DNA from: Escherichia coli
GTDB lineage: Bacteria; Pseudomonadota; Gammaproteobacteria; Enterobacterales; Enterobacteriaceae
Strand: one strand, 5' to 3'
Length of the DNA: 64,000 nt
Assembly (NCBI RefSeq): GCF_003018255.1
Contig: NZ_CP027440.1
Under the pieces are notes generated by a model, which did no database searches, was not told where the DNA came from, and was given only the letters and a program-made list of their open reading frames with translations. This document shows, one piece after another, positions 55,363 through 64,000 of this stretch. A program made the position numbers and the translations under genes. The first letter of the stretch is position 1, and each line of letters opens with the position of its first letter.

Positions 55363-57603
55363 TCAGAAGTGAGTATTAATGCTCATATACCACGTACGTC
55401 CCGGCTCGTTATAGGTATACGCCCCGGCACCGGCGATATAGTTGGCTCCTGCCAGATCGCCCGTGGTCTGGGCATTACCCGCACGCCACAAACGTTTGTC
55501 GAACAGGTTGTCCACGCCGCCGGTCAGACTGACATTCTTCGTCACATCCCAGGTCGCGCTCAGACCCACAATGCTGTAAGGACTGATTTCTTTGGTTTCC
55601 GGTCCAACCGCTGGCTGACCTTTATAGTTGTACTTCTTCGGCTGCTGCTTGCCGTACCAGGTGAAGGTTGTTTGCATCGACAAATCTTCCCGTGCCTGCC
55701 AGCTCAGCGTTGAGTTCAACGTATACTCCGGGATGATCGACAAACGGTCGCCCGTGGTTTTGTTTTCACTCTTCAGCATATAAGTGATGTTATTGGTCCA
55801 CATCACCGTTTCGCTAACCGGTACGTTTAACGATCCTTCCAGACCTTCAACCACCGCTTTCGGTACGTTATCCCACTGATAGAGATCGGTGCCGACTGCG
55901 TTTTGCCCTACAGCCACATAGCCCGCTTCAATCTTATTGCGATAATCGTTACGGAACCAGGTGACGCCCGCCAGCCAACCGTCGCGTTTGAACTCCAGAC
56001 CAATCTCTTTGTTGATGCTGGTTTCCGCTTTCAGGTCATCATTACCTTGCAGATAGCAGCCGCCCGCGCTGGCATAGCAGCCCTGACCTTTACTGTAGAG
56101 AATGTAGTTTGGGTTAGTCTGGTACAGACTCGGCGCTTTATAAGCGCGGGCAATGCCCATTTTCAGCGTGAAGTCATCGCCTAAACCTTGCGATATGTTC
56201 AGCGCCGGACTCCAGTTATTGCCGACAATACTGTGATGATCGAAACGCAGCCCCGGCGTTACGATGGTGCTGTCAGTCAGCTCCATATTGTTTTCGGCAA
56301 ACAGCGAGAAAATTTCTGCTTTTGAATACGGGCTACGGTCGGTGGCACTCACGCCATCAATAGCGCCGCCGGTATTCGTCCCGGTGAGCGCCTGGGTGTT
56401 GGAACTCAAGTCCTTCATCCGCTGCTGATTCCACTCCGTACCCAGCGTCAGCGTCTGGTTAACGAGGAAATCAATCGGCAGGTTAACTTCGCTGTGCAGC
56501 ATCACGTCATCGAGATCGATATCGACGAAATCCTGTGTCGCTTTTTCGTTAAATTTCCCTTCGGTACCGCCCGCCAGACCTTCCGGAATACGCGAGTTAC
56601 GGGTGTGTTCGTACTGCACCCAGTTGCTGGTGGTCACGCCGTTATCCCAGCCGCCGTTCCATGTCAGCGAGTAGTTCTGGCGATACAGACGGTTGGTTTC
56701 ATCGCCATATTTCGAGCGGGTATAGGAGTCAGAGTTGGTGTTCTGGGTATCGCCCGCATACAGGTTACCCTGGCGGCTGTAACCCGCTTCCAGTTCCAGC
56801 GATTGCAATGGTGCGAAGTCCCAGCGCACCACGCCGTTAATATCTTTGTTGATCACCCCTTCGCGCCCGGCTGGTAACGTCGTGGCATACGTTCCGGCAC
56901 GCGCGGACTGATGGCCCTGGTTGATATCCCACGCGTCAGCCTGAGTTTTGTCGAGGTTGCCATACAAGCGGAAGCTGAATTCGTCGCCCAGCGGACCGGT
57001 GAGGCTAAAGTTAGTGCGTTTGGTGGCACCTTCCTCTTTATGTTCTGGCGCATTGAAATAAGCGTCCCACGAGCCGTGCCACTCACCACTGCCTTTTTTG
57101 GTAATGATGTTAACCACGCCGCCCGCCGCGCCGTTGCCATAACGCGCAGCTGCCGGACCACGTAGAACTTCAATACGTTCAATCATTTCAGGCGGCACCC
57201 AGGAGGTATCACCACGGGTATCGCGCTCGCCACGCCAGCCCTGACGCACCGAGTTACGGCTGCTTACCGGCTTGCCGTCAATCAAAATCAGCGTGTTTTC
57301 CGGACCCATACCGCGAATATCAATCTGGCGGTTATTCCCACGCTGACCACTGGTGGAGTTACCGGTCAGGTTAACGCCTGGCATGGTACGGATGATCTCC
57401 GACACATCGCGGGCAACCGGGTTTTTGCGGATTTCATCTGCGGTGATGGTCGAAACGCCAGGTGCCTGCAAGTTCTGCTCGGCGGCGGTAACGACAATGG
57501 TATCGTCATGTGAAACAGGAGTATCGGTCGGCTCTTGTGCCTGTGCTACCCCATAAATCCCCAGATTGACCAACAAGGCCAGGGAATGAATCTTCTTGTT
57601 CAT
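55363..57603 (-). CDS. fepA: ferric enterobactin outer-membrane receptor (TonB-dependent)
   Basis: ORF 55363..57663; start placed at MNKKIHSLALLVNLGIYGVAQA; C-terminal ...YMSINTHF. Confidence 0.95.
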   Translation of the reverse strand: MNKKIHSLALLVNLGIYGVAQAQEPTDTPVSHDDTIVVTAAEQNLQAPGVSTITADEIRKNPVARDVSEIIRTMPGVNLTGNSTSGQRGNNRQIDIRGMGPENTLILIDGKPVSSRNSVRQGWRGERDTRGDTSWVPPEMIERIEVLRGPAAARYGNGAAGGVVNIITKKGSGEWHGSWDAYFNAPEHKEEGATKRTNFSLTGPLGDEFSFRLYGNLDKTQADAWDINQGHQSARAGTYATTLPAGREGVINKDINGVVRWDFAPLQSLELEAGYSRQGNLYAGDTQNTNSDSYTRSKYGDETNRLYRQNYSLTWNGGWDNGVTTSNWVQYEHTRNSRIPEGLAGGTEGKFNEKATQDFVDIDLDDVMLHSEVNLPIDFLVNQTLTLGTEWNQQRMKDLSSNTQALTGTNTGGAIDGVSATDRSPYSKAEIFSLFAENNMELTDSTIVTPGLRFDHHSIVGNNWSPALNISQGLGDDFTLKMGIARAYKAPSLYQTNPNYILYSKGQGCYASAGGCYLQGNDDLKAETSINKEIGLEFKRDGWLAGVTWFRNDYRNKIEAGYVAVGQNAVGTDLYQWDNVPKAVVEGLEGSLNVPVSETVMWTNNITYMLKSENKTTGDRLSIIPEYTLNSTLSWQAREDLSMQTTFTWYGKQQPKKYNYKGQPAVGPETKEISPYSIVGLSATWDVTKNVSLTGGVDNLFDKRLWRAGNAQTTGDLAGANYIAGAGAYTYNEPGRTWYMSINTHF

Positions 57604-57761
57604 TGTTTTATTCCTGCATTTTTGCCACGAATTGCAACTGTCGGGCATGGTCGCCATCAACACGACGCATCCCGCTACCGCGAAAACCTTTGATCCTGAA
57701 AGACACGCAGTGCAGCTGATTAATTAATGTCCGCGCTTCCCACGGCGCGCCATTACGCTAT

Positions 57762-57800
57762 TGCAAATGCAAATAGTTATCAATAATATTATCAATATAT
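57762..57800. promoter_or_regulatory. candidate Fur boxes in the divergent fepA/fes promoter region
   Basis: attgcaaatgcaaatagttatcaataatattatcaatat contains overlapping hexamer repeats resembling the GATAATGATAATCATTATC Fur consensus. Confidence 0.55.
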
Positions 57801-57845
57801 TTCTGCAATCAATGAAAAATTGCACAGTAAACATGGGGTTATGGT

Positions 57846-59048
57846 GTGACGGCGTTAAAAGTAGGAAGTGAGAGCTGGTGGCAGTCGAAACATGGCCCGG
57901 AATGGCAACGTCTGAATGACGAAATGTTTGAGGTCACTTTCTGGTGGCGTGATCCCCAGGGTTCTGAAGAATACTCGACGATAAAGCGCGTATGGGTCTA
58001 TATCACTGGCGTGACCGATCACCATCAGAACAGCCAGCCCCGGTCGATGCAGCGAATTGCAGGAACCGATGTTTGGCAGTGGACGACACAACTCAATGCC
58101 AACTGGCGCGGCAGCTACTGCTTTATTCCTTCTGAACGCGATGACATTTTTTCTGCACCATCCCCCGATCGCCTCGAATTACGCGAAGGCTGGCGAAAAC
58201 TATTACCCCAGGCGATAGCCGATCCGCTGAATCCACAAAGCTGGAAAGGCGGGCGAGGGCACGCTGTTTCTGCACTCGAAATGCCGCAAGCGCCTCTGCA
58301 ACCGGGATGGGATTGTCCGCAAGCGCCAGAAACGCCTGCCAAAGAAATTATCTGGAAAAGTGAACGGTTGAAAAATTCACGCCGTGTATGGATTTTTACC
58401 ACCGGCGATGCAACAGCAGAAGAACGCCCGCTGGCAGTTTTGCTTGATGGCGAATTTTGGGCGCAGAGTATGCCCGTCTGGCCTGCGCTGACTTCGCTGA
58501 CCCATCGTCGGCAACTTCCGCCCGCCGTGTATGTGTTGATCGACGCTATCGACACCACGCACCGCGCCCACGAACTGCCGTGTAATGCGGATTTCTGGCT
58601 GGCAGTACAGCAAGAGTTATTACCCCAGGTGAAAGCTATTGCCCCTTTTAGCGATCGCGCCGATCGCACCGTGGTCGCCGGACAGAGTTTTGGTGGGCTT
58701 TCCGCGCTGTATGCCGGACTGCACTGGCCTGAACGCTTTGGCTGTGTATTAAGCCAGTCAGGTTCGTACTGGTGGCCGCATCGGGGCGGGCACCAAGAGG
58801 GCATGTTACTTGAACAGCTAAATACTGGTGAAGTTAGCGCCGAAGGTCTGCGCATTGTGCTGGAAGCGGGTGTTCGCGAGCCGATGATCATGCAGGCCAA
58901 TCAGGCGCTGTATGCGCAATTACACCCCCTAAAAGAATCCATTTTCTGGCGTCAGGTTGACGGCGGACATGATGCGCTTTGTTGGCGCGGTGGCTTGATG
59001 CAGGGGCTAATCGACCTCTGGCAACCACTTTTCCATGACAGGAGTTGA
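57846..59048 (+). CDS. fes: enterobactin/ferric enterobactin esterase
   Basis: 400-aa ORF from GTG 57846 (MTALKVGSESWWQSKHGPEW...), esterase GQSFGG motif. Confidence 0.92.
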   Translation: MTALKVGSESWWQSKHGPEWQRLNDEMFEVTFWWRDPQGSEEYSTIKRVWVYITGVTDHHQNSQPRSMQRIAGTDVWQWTTQLNANWRGSYCFIPSERDDIFSAPSPDRLELREGWRKLLPQAIADPLNPQSWKGGRGHAVSALEMPQAPLQPGWDCPQAPETPAKEIIWKSERLKNSRRVWIFTTGDATAEERPLAVLLDGEFWAQSMPVWPALTSLTHRRQLPPAVYVLIDAIDTTHRAHELPCNADFWLAVQQELLPQVKAIAPFSDRADRTVVAGQSFGGLSALYAGLHWPERFGCVLSQSGSYWWPHRGGHQEGMLLEQLNTGEVSAEGLRIVLEAGVREPMIMQANQALYAQLHPLKESIFWRQVDGGHDALCWRGGLMQGLIDLWQPLFHDRS

Positions 59049-59050
59049 AT

Positions 59051-59269
59051 ATGGCATTCAGTAATCCCTTCGATGATCCACAGGGAGCGTTTTACATTTT
59101 GCGCAATGCGCAGGGGCAATTCAGTCTGTGGCCGCAACAATGCGCCTTACCGGCAGGCTGGGTCGTTGTGTGTCAGCCGCAGTCACAGGCGTCCTGCCAG
59201 CAGTGGCTTGAAGCCCACTGGCGTACTCTGACACCGGCGAATTTCACCCAGTTGCAGGAGGCACAATGA
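59051..59269 (+). CDS. ybdZ: MbtH-like protein
   Basis: ORF 59045..59269; start placed at MAFSNPFDDPQGAFYILRNAQGQFSLWP... Confidence 0.9.
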   Translation: MAFSNPFDDPQGAFYILRNAQGQFSLWPQQCALPAGWVVVCQPQSQASCQQWLEAHWRTLTPANFTQLQEAQ

Positions 59270-62200
59270 GCCAGCATTTACCTTTGGTCGCCGCACAGCC
59301 CGGCATCTGGATGGCAGAAAAACTGTCGGATTTACCCTCCGCCTGGAGCGTGGCGCATTACGTTGAGTTAACCGGAGAGGTTGATGCGCCACTACTGGCA
59401 CGCGCGGTGGTTGCCGGATTAGCGCAAGCAGATACGCTGCGGATGCGTTTTACGGAAGATAACGGCGAAGTCTGGCAGTGGGTCGATGATGCGCTGACGT
59501 TCGAACTGCCAGAAACTATCGACCTGCGAACCAACATTGATCCGCACGGTACTGCGCAGTCATTAATGCAGGCGGATTTGCAACAAGATCTGCGCGTCGA
59601 TAGCGGTAAACCACTGGTCTTTCATCAGTTGATACAGGTGGCGGATAACCGCTGGTACTGGTATCAGCGTTATCACCATTTGCTGGTCGATGGCTTCAGT
59701 TTCCCGGCCATTACCCGCCAGATCGCCAATATTTACTGCGCATGGCTGCGTGGCGAACCAACGCCTGCTTCGCCGTTTACGCCTTTCGCTGATGTAGTGG
59801 AAGAGTACCAGCAATACCGCGAAAGCGAAGCCTGGCAGCGTGATGCGGCATTCTGGGCGGAACAGCGTCGTCAATTGCCGCCGCCCGCGTCACTTTCTCC
59901 GGCACCTTTACCGGGGCGCAGCGCCTCGGCAGATATTCTACGCCTGAAACTGGAATTTACCGACGGGGAATTCCGCCAGTTGGCTACGCAACTTTCAGGT
60001 GTGCAGCGTACCGATTTAGCCCTTGCGCTGGCGGCTTTGTGGCTGGGGCGATTGTGCAACCGCATGGACTACGCTGCCGGATTTATCTTTATGCGTCGAC
60101 TGGGCTCGGCGGCGCTGACGGCTACCGGACCCGTGCTCAACGTTTTGCCGTTGGGTATTCATATTGCGGCGCAAGAAACGCTGCCGGAACTGGCTACCCG
60201 ACTGGCGGCTCAACTGAAAAAAATGCGTCGCCATCAACGTTACGATGCCGAACAAATTGTCCGTGACAGCGGGCGAGCGGCAGGTGATGAACCGCTGTTT
60301 GGTCCGGTACTCAATATCAAGGTATTTGATTACCAACTGGATATTCCTGATGTTCAGGCGCAAACCCATACCCTGGCAACCGGTCCGGTTAATGACCTTG
60401 AGCTGGCCCTGTTCCCGGATGAACACGGTGATTTGAGTATTGAGATCATTGCCAATAAACAGCGTTACGCTGAGCCAACGTTAATCCAGCATGCTGAACG
60501 CCTGAAAATGCTGATTGCCCAGTTCGCCGCGGATCCGGTGCTGTTGTGCGGCGATGTTGATATTATGCTGCCAGAAGAGTATGCACAGCTGGCGCAGATC
60601 AACGCCACTCAGGTTGAGATTCCAGAAACCACGCTGAGCGCGCTGGTGGCAGAACAAGCGGCAAAAACACCGCATGCTCCGGCGCTGGCAGATGCGCGTT
60701 ACCTGTTCAGCTATCGGGAAATGCGCGAGCAGGTGGTGGCGCTGGCGAATCTGCTGCGTGAGCGCGGCGTTAAACCAGGCGACAGCGTGGCGGTGGCGCT
60801 ACCGCGCTCTGTATTTTTGACTCTGGCGCTACATGCAATTGTTGAGGCTGGTGCGGCCTGGTTACCGCTGGATACCGGCTATCCGGACGATCGCCTGAAA
60901 ATGATGCTGGAAGATGCGCGTCCGTCGCTGTTAATCACCACCGACGATCAACTGCCGCGCTTTGCCGATGTTCCAGATTTAACCCGCCTTTGCTATAACG
61001 CCCCGCTTACACCGCAGGGCAGTGCGCCGCTGCAGCTTTCACAACCGCACCACACGGCTTATATCATCTTCACCTCCGGTTCCACCGGCAGACCAAAAGG
61101 GGTAATGGTCGGGCAGACGGCTATCGTTAATCGCCTGCTTTGGATGCAAAACCATTACCCGCTTACAGGCGAAGATGTCGTTGCCCAAAAAACGCCGTGC
61201 AGTTTTGATGTCTCGGTGTGGGAGTTTTTCTGGCCGTTTATTGCCGGGGCTAAACTGGTGATGGCTGAACCGGAAGCGCACCGCGACCCGCTCGCTATGC
61301 AGCAATTCTTTGCCGAATATGGTGTAACGACCACGCACTTTGTGCCGTCGATGCTGGCGGCATTTGTTGCATCGCTGACGCCGCAAACCGCTCGCCAGAG
61401 TTGCGCGACGTTGAAACAGGTTTTCTGTAGTGGTGAAGCCTTACCGGCTGATTTATGCCGCGAATGGCAACAGTTAACCGGCGCGCCGTTGCATAATCTA
61501 TATGGCCCGACGGAAGCGGCGGTAGATGTCAGTTGGTATCCGGCTTTTGGCGAGGAACTGGCAGAGGTGCGCGGCAGCAGTGTGCCGATTGGTTATCCGG
61601 TGTGGAATACGGGCCTGCGCATTCTCGATGCGATGATGCATCCGGTGCCGCCGGGTGTGGCGGGAGATCTCTATCTCACCGGTATTCAACTGGCGCAGGG
61701 GTATCTTGGACGACCCGATCTGACCGCCAGCCGCTTTATTGCCGATCCTTTTGCCCCAGGTGAACGGATGTACCGTACCGGAGATGTTGCCCGCTGGCTG
61801 GATAACGGCGCGGTGGAGTACCTCGGGCGCAGTGACGATCAGCTAAAAATTCGCGGGCAGCGTATTGAACTGGGCGAAATCGATCGCGTGATGCAGGCGC
61901 TGCCGGACGTTGAACAGGCCGTGACCCACGCCTGCGTCATTAACCAGGCTGCCGCAACGGGAGGCGATGCGCGTCAGTTGGTTGGGTATCTGGTGTCGCA
62001 ATCAGGCCTGCCGCTGGATACCACTGCATTGCAGGCGCAGTTGCGCGAAACATTGCCACCGCATATGGTGCCCGTGGTTCTGCTGCAACTTCCGCAGTTG
62101 CCGCTTAGCGCCAACGGCAAGCTGGATCGCAAAGCCTTACCGTTGCCTGAACTGAAAGCACAAGCGCCGGGGCGTGCGCCGAAAGCGGGCAGTGAAACGA

Positions 62201-63147
62201 TTATCGCCGCGGCATTCTCGTCGTTGCTGGGTTGTGACGTGCAGGATGCCGATGCTGATTTCTTTGCGCTTGGCGGTCATTCGCTACTGGCAATGAAACT
62301 GGCTGCGCAGTTAAGTCGGCAGTTTGCCCGTCAGGTGACGCCGGGGCAGGTGATGGTCGCGTCAACTGTCGCCAAACTGGCAACGATTATTGATGGTGAA
62401 GAAGACAGCTCCCGGCGCATGGGATTCGAAACCATTCTGCCGTTGCGTGAAGGTAATGGCCCGACGCTGTTTTGTTTCCATCCTGCGTCCGGTTTTGCCT
62501 GGCAGTTCAGCGTGCTCTCGCGTTATCTCGATCCACAATGGTCGATTATCGGCATTCAGTCGCCGCGCCCTCATGGCCCCATGCAGACCGCGGCAAACCT
62601 GGATGAAGTCTGCGAAGCGCATCTGGCAACGTTACTTGAACAACAACCGCACGGCCCTTATTACCTGCTGGGGTATTCGCTGGGCGGTACGCTGGCGCAG
62701 GGCATTGCGGCGCGGCTGCGTGCCCGTGGCGAACAGGTGGCATTTCTTGGCTTGCTGGATACCTGGCCGCCAGAAACGCAAAACTGGCAGGAAAAAGAGG
62801 CTAATGGCCTGGACCCGGAAGTGCTGGCGGAGATTAACCGCGAGCGCGAGGCCTTCCTGGCGGCACAGCAGGGAAGTACTTCAACGGAGTTGTTTACCAC
62901 CATTGAAGGCAACTACGCTGATGCTGTGCGCCTGCTGACGACTGCTCATAGCGTACCGTTTGACGGTAAAGCGACGCTGTTTGTTGCTGAACGCACGCTT
63001 CAGGAAGGTATGAATCCCGAACGCGTCTGGTCGCCGTGGATAGCCGAGCTGGATATCTATCGTCAGGATTGTGCGCATGTGGATATTATCTCTCCAGGGG
63101 CATTTGAAAAAATTGGGCCGATTATTCGCGCAACGCTAAACAGATAA
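59266..63147 (+). CDS. entF: enterobactin synthase component F (serine-activating NRPS)
   Basis: 1293-aa ORF with condensation, adenylation (FTSGSTGRPKG), PCP (FFALGGHSL) and thioesterase (GYSLGG) motifs. Confidence 0.97.
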   Translation: MSQHLPLVAAQPGIWMAEKLSDLPSAWSVAHYVELTGEVDAPLLARAVVAGLAQADTLRMRFTEDNGEVWQWVDDALTFELPETIDLRTNIDPHGTAQSLMQADLQQDLRVDSGKPLVFHQLIQVADNRWYWYQRYHHLLVDGFSFPAITRQIANIYCAWLRGEPTPASPFTPFADVVEEYQQYRESEAWQRDAAFWAEQRRQLPPPASLSPAPLPGRSASADILRLKLEFTDGEFRQLATQLSGVQRTDLALALAALWLGRLCNRMDYAAGFIFMRRLGSAALTATGPVLNVLPLGIHIAAQETLPELATRLAAQLKKMRRHQRYDAEQIVRDSGRAAGDEPLFGPVLNIKVFDYQLDIPDVQAQTHTLATGPVNDLELALFPDEHGDLSIEIIANKQRYAEPTLIQHAERLKMLIAQFAADPVLLCGDVDIMLPEEYAQLAQINATQVEIPETTLSALVAEQAAKTPHAPALADARYLFSYREMREQVVALANLLRERGVKPGDSVAVALPRSVFLTLALHAIVEAGAAWLPLDTGYPDDRLKMMLEDARPSLLITTDDQLPRFADVPDLTRLCYNAPLTPQGSAPLQLSQPHHTAYIIFTSGSTGRPKGVMVGQTAIVNRLLWMQNHYPLTGEDVVAQKTPCSFDVSVWEFFWPFIAGAKLVMAEPEAHRDPLAMQQFFAEYGVTTTHFVPSMLAAFVASLTPQTARQSCATLKQVFCSGEALPADLCREWQQLTGAPLHNLYGPTEAAVDVSWYPAFGEELAEVRGSSVPIGYPVWNTGLRILDAMMHPVPPGVAGDLYLTGIQLAQGYLGRPDLTASRFIADPFAPGERMYRTGDVARWLDNGAVEYLGRSDDQLKIRGQRIELGEIDRVMQALPDVEQAVTHACVINQAAATGGDARQLVGYLVSQSGLPLDTTALQAQLRETLPPHMVPVVLLQLPQLPLSANGKLDRKALPLPELKAQAPGRAPKAGSETIIAAAFSSLLGCDVQDADADFFALGGHSLLAMKLAAQLSRQFARQVTPGQVMVASTVAKLATIIDGEEDSSRRMGFETILPLREGNGPTLFCFHPASGFAWQFSVLSRYLDPQWSIIGIQSPRPHGPMQTAANLDEVCEAHLATLLEQQPHGPYYLLGYSLGGTLAQGIAARLRARGEQVAFLGLLDTWPPETQNWQEKEANGLDPEVLAEINREREAFLAAQQGSTSTELFTTIEGNYADAVRLLTTAHSVPFDGKATLFVAERTLQEGMNPERVWSPWIAELDIYRQDCAHVDIISPGAFEKIGPIIRATLNR

Positions 63148-63162
63148 ATTAACATTATCTAC

Positions 63163-63209
63163 AAACCCATAATTACAGAAAATAATTATGGGGTTTTTAT
63201 TTGTTTGAT
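63163..63209 (+). terminator. intrinsic terminator after entF
   Basis: Hairpin cccataatta...taattatgggg followed by tttttatttg. Confidence 0.6.
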
Positions 63210-63361
63210 TTATAGGTTTGATGAATATTTCTCTTAAATAGAGTGAATGTTGCATTCAGTGGAAGGAATTTACAAACTTCAGCTTCGGATAATTATCACC
63301 AACTGGTAAAGTGAGCGCCGTGGAGATTTCCCCTATTGGACTCATTTTCAGGTTATACCCC

Positions 63362-64000
63362 ATGTCATCACTGAATATTAAACAGGGAAGTGACGCTCAT
63401 TTTCCTGAGTATCCTCTGGCGTCGCCCAGTAATAATGAAATTGATTTACTTAATCTAATCGCAGTTTTATGGCGGGCCAAAAAAACGGTCATGGCGGTCA
63501 TTTTTGCGTTTGCCTGCGCAGGCTTGCTGATCTCTTTCATCCTGCCGCAAAAATGGACCAGCGCGGCGGTTGTCACGCCTCCAGAACCTGTTCAGTGGCA
63601 GGCGCTTGAGAAAACATTCACTAAGCTTCGAGTGCTGGATCTGGATATCAAAATTGATCGTACAGAAGCATTTAACCTGTTTATCAAGAAGTTTCAGTCG
63701 GTTAGCTTGCTGGAAGAGTACCTGCGTTCATCACCTTATGTGATGGACCAATTAAAAGAGGCGAAAATCGACGAACTGGATTTGCATCGCGCAATTGTCG
63801 CATTGAGCGAAAAAATGAAAGCGGTTGATGACAATGCCAGTAAGAAAAAAGATGAACCGTCACTGTATACCTCCTGGACGCTAAGTTTTACCGCGCCAAC
63901 CAGCGAAGAGGCGCAGACCGTTTTGAGCGGGTATATCGATTATATCTCTGCGTTGGTGGTGAAAGAGTCGATAGAAAACGTCCGTAATAAACTGGAGATC
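63362..64000 (+). CDS. fepE: ferric enterobactin transport/polysaccharide chain-length protein (Wzz-like), 5' part; continues past window end
   Basis: ATG at 63362 (MSSLNIKQGSDAHFPEYPLASPSNNEIDLLNLIAVLWRAKK...) open to window end. Confidence 0.9.
   Translation, partial: MSSLNIKQGSDAHFPEYPLASPSNNEIDLLNLIAVLWRAKKTVMAVIFAFACAGLLISFILPQKWTSAAVVTPPEPVQWQALEKTFTKLRVLDLDIKIDRTEAFNLFIKKFQSVSLLEEYLRSSPYVMDQLKEAKIDELDLHRAIVALSEKMKAVDDNASKKKDEPSLYTSWTLSFTAPTSEEAQTVLSGYIDYISALVVKESIENVRNKLEI

Overview
Escherichia coli chromosomal segment, syntenic with the K-12 region running from the allantoin/purEK genes to the enterobactin cluster: ylbE'-ylbF-ybcF, BIME array, purK-purE, lpxH, ppiB, cysS, ybcI, ybcJ, folD, tRNA-Arg argU, a ~3.4 kb prophage remnant at argU (integrase pseudogene, SAM methyltransferase, ompT), ybcH-nfrA-nfrB, cusSR/cusCFBA, pheP, ybdG, nfsB, ybdF, ybdJ, ybdK, a truncated hokE, entD, fepA, fes-ybdZ-entF and the start of fepE. 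Three accessory insertions interrupt this backbone. (1) Between nfrB and cusS, an ~11.5 kb T6SS-type effector island on the minus strand: vgrG, DUF1795/Eag-like chaperone, prePAAR/PAAR-Rhs toxin with a C-terminal tip and immunity gene, an orphan rhs-CT/immunity cassette, and an ISAs1-family H-repeat transposase. (2) Between the hokE remnant and entD, a ~6 kb strongly AT-rich island encoding a small secreted protein whose mature N-terminus is glycine, followed by a five-gene operon (FtsX/MacB-like permease, outer-membrane factor, periplasmic adaptor, ABC ATPase, Lnt-like N-acyltransferase). This matches the architecture of the Aat/Cex glycine-lipoprotein secretion systems, which I know as plasmid-borne; here it is chromosomal, with no regulator visible, and is flanked by a degraded IS630-family element. 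This is the most interesting candidate system in the window. (3) An IS3-family element (IS1397-like) sits inside a REP unit between fepA and entD. Both Rhs copies carry an identical in-frame TGA between the Rhs core and the DPxGL toxin tip. All identifications come from reading the sequence and ORF translations against remembered protein families and K-12 gene order; no database search was run.
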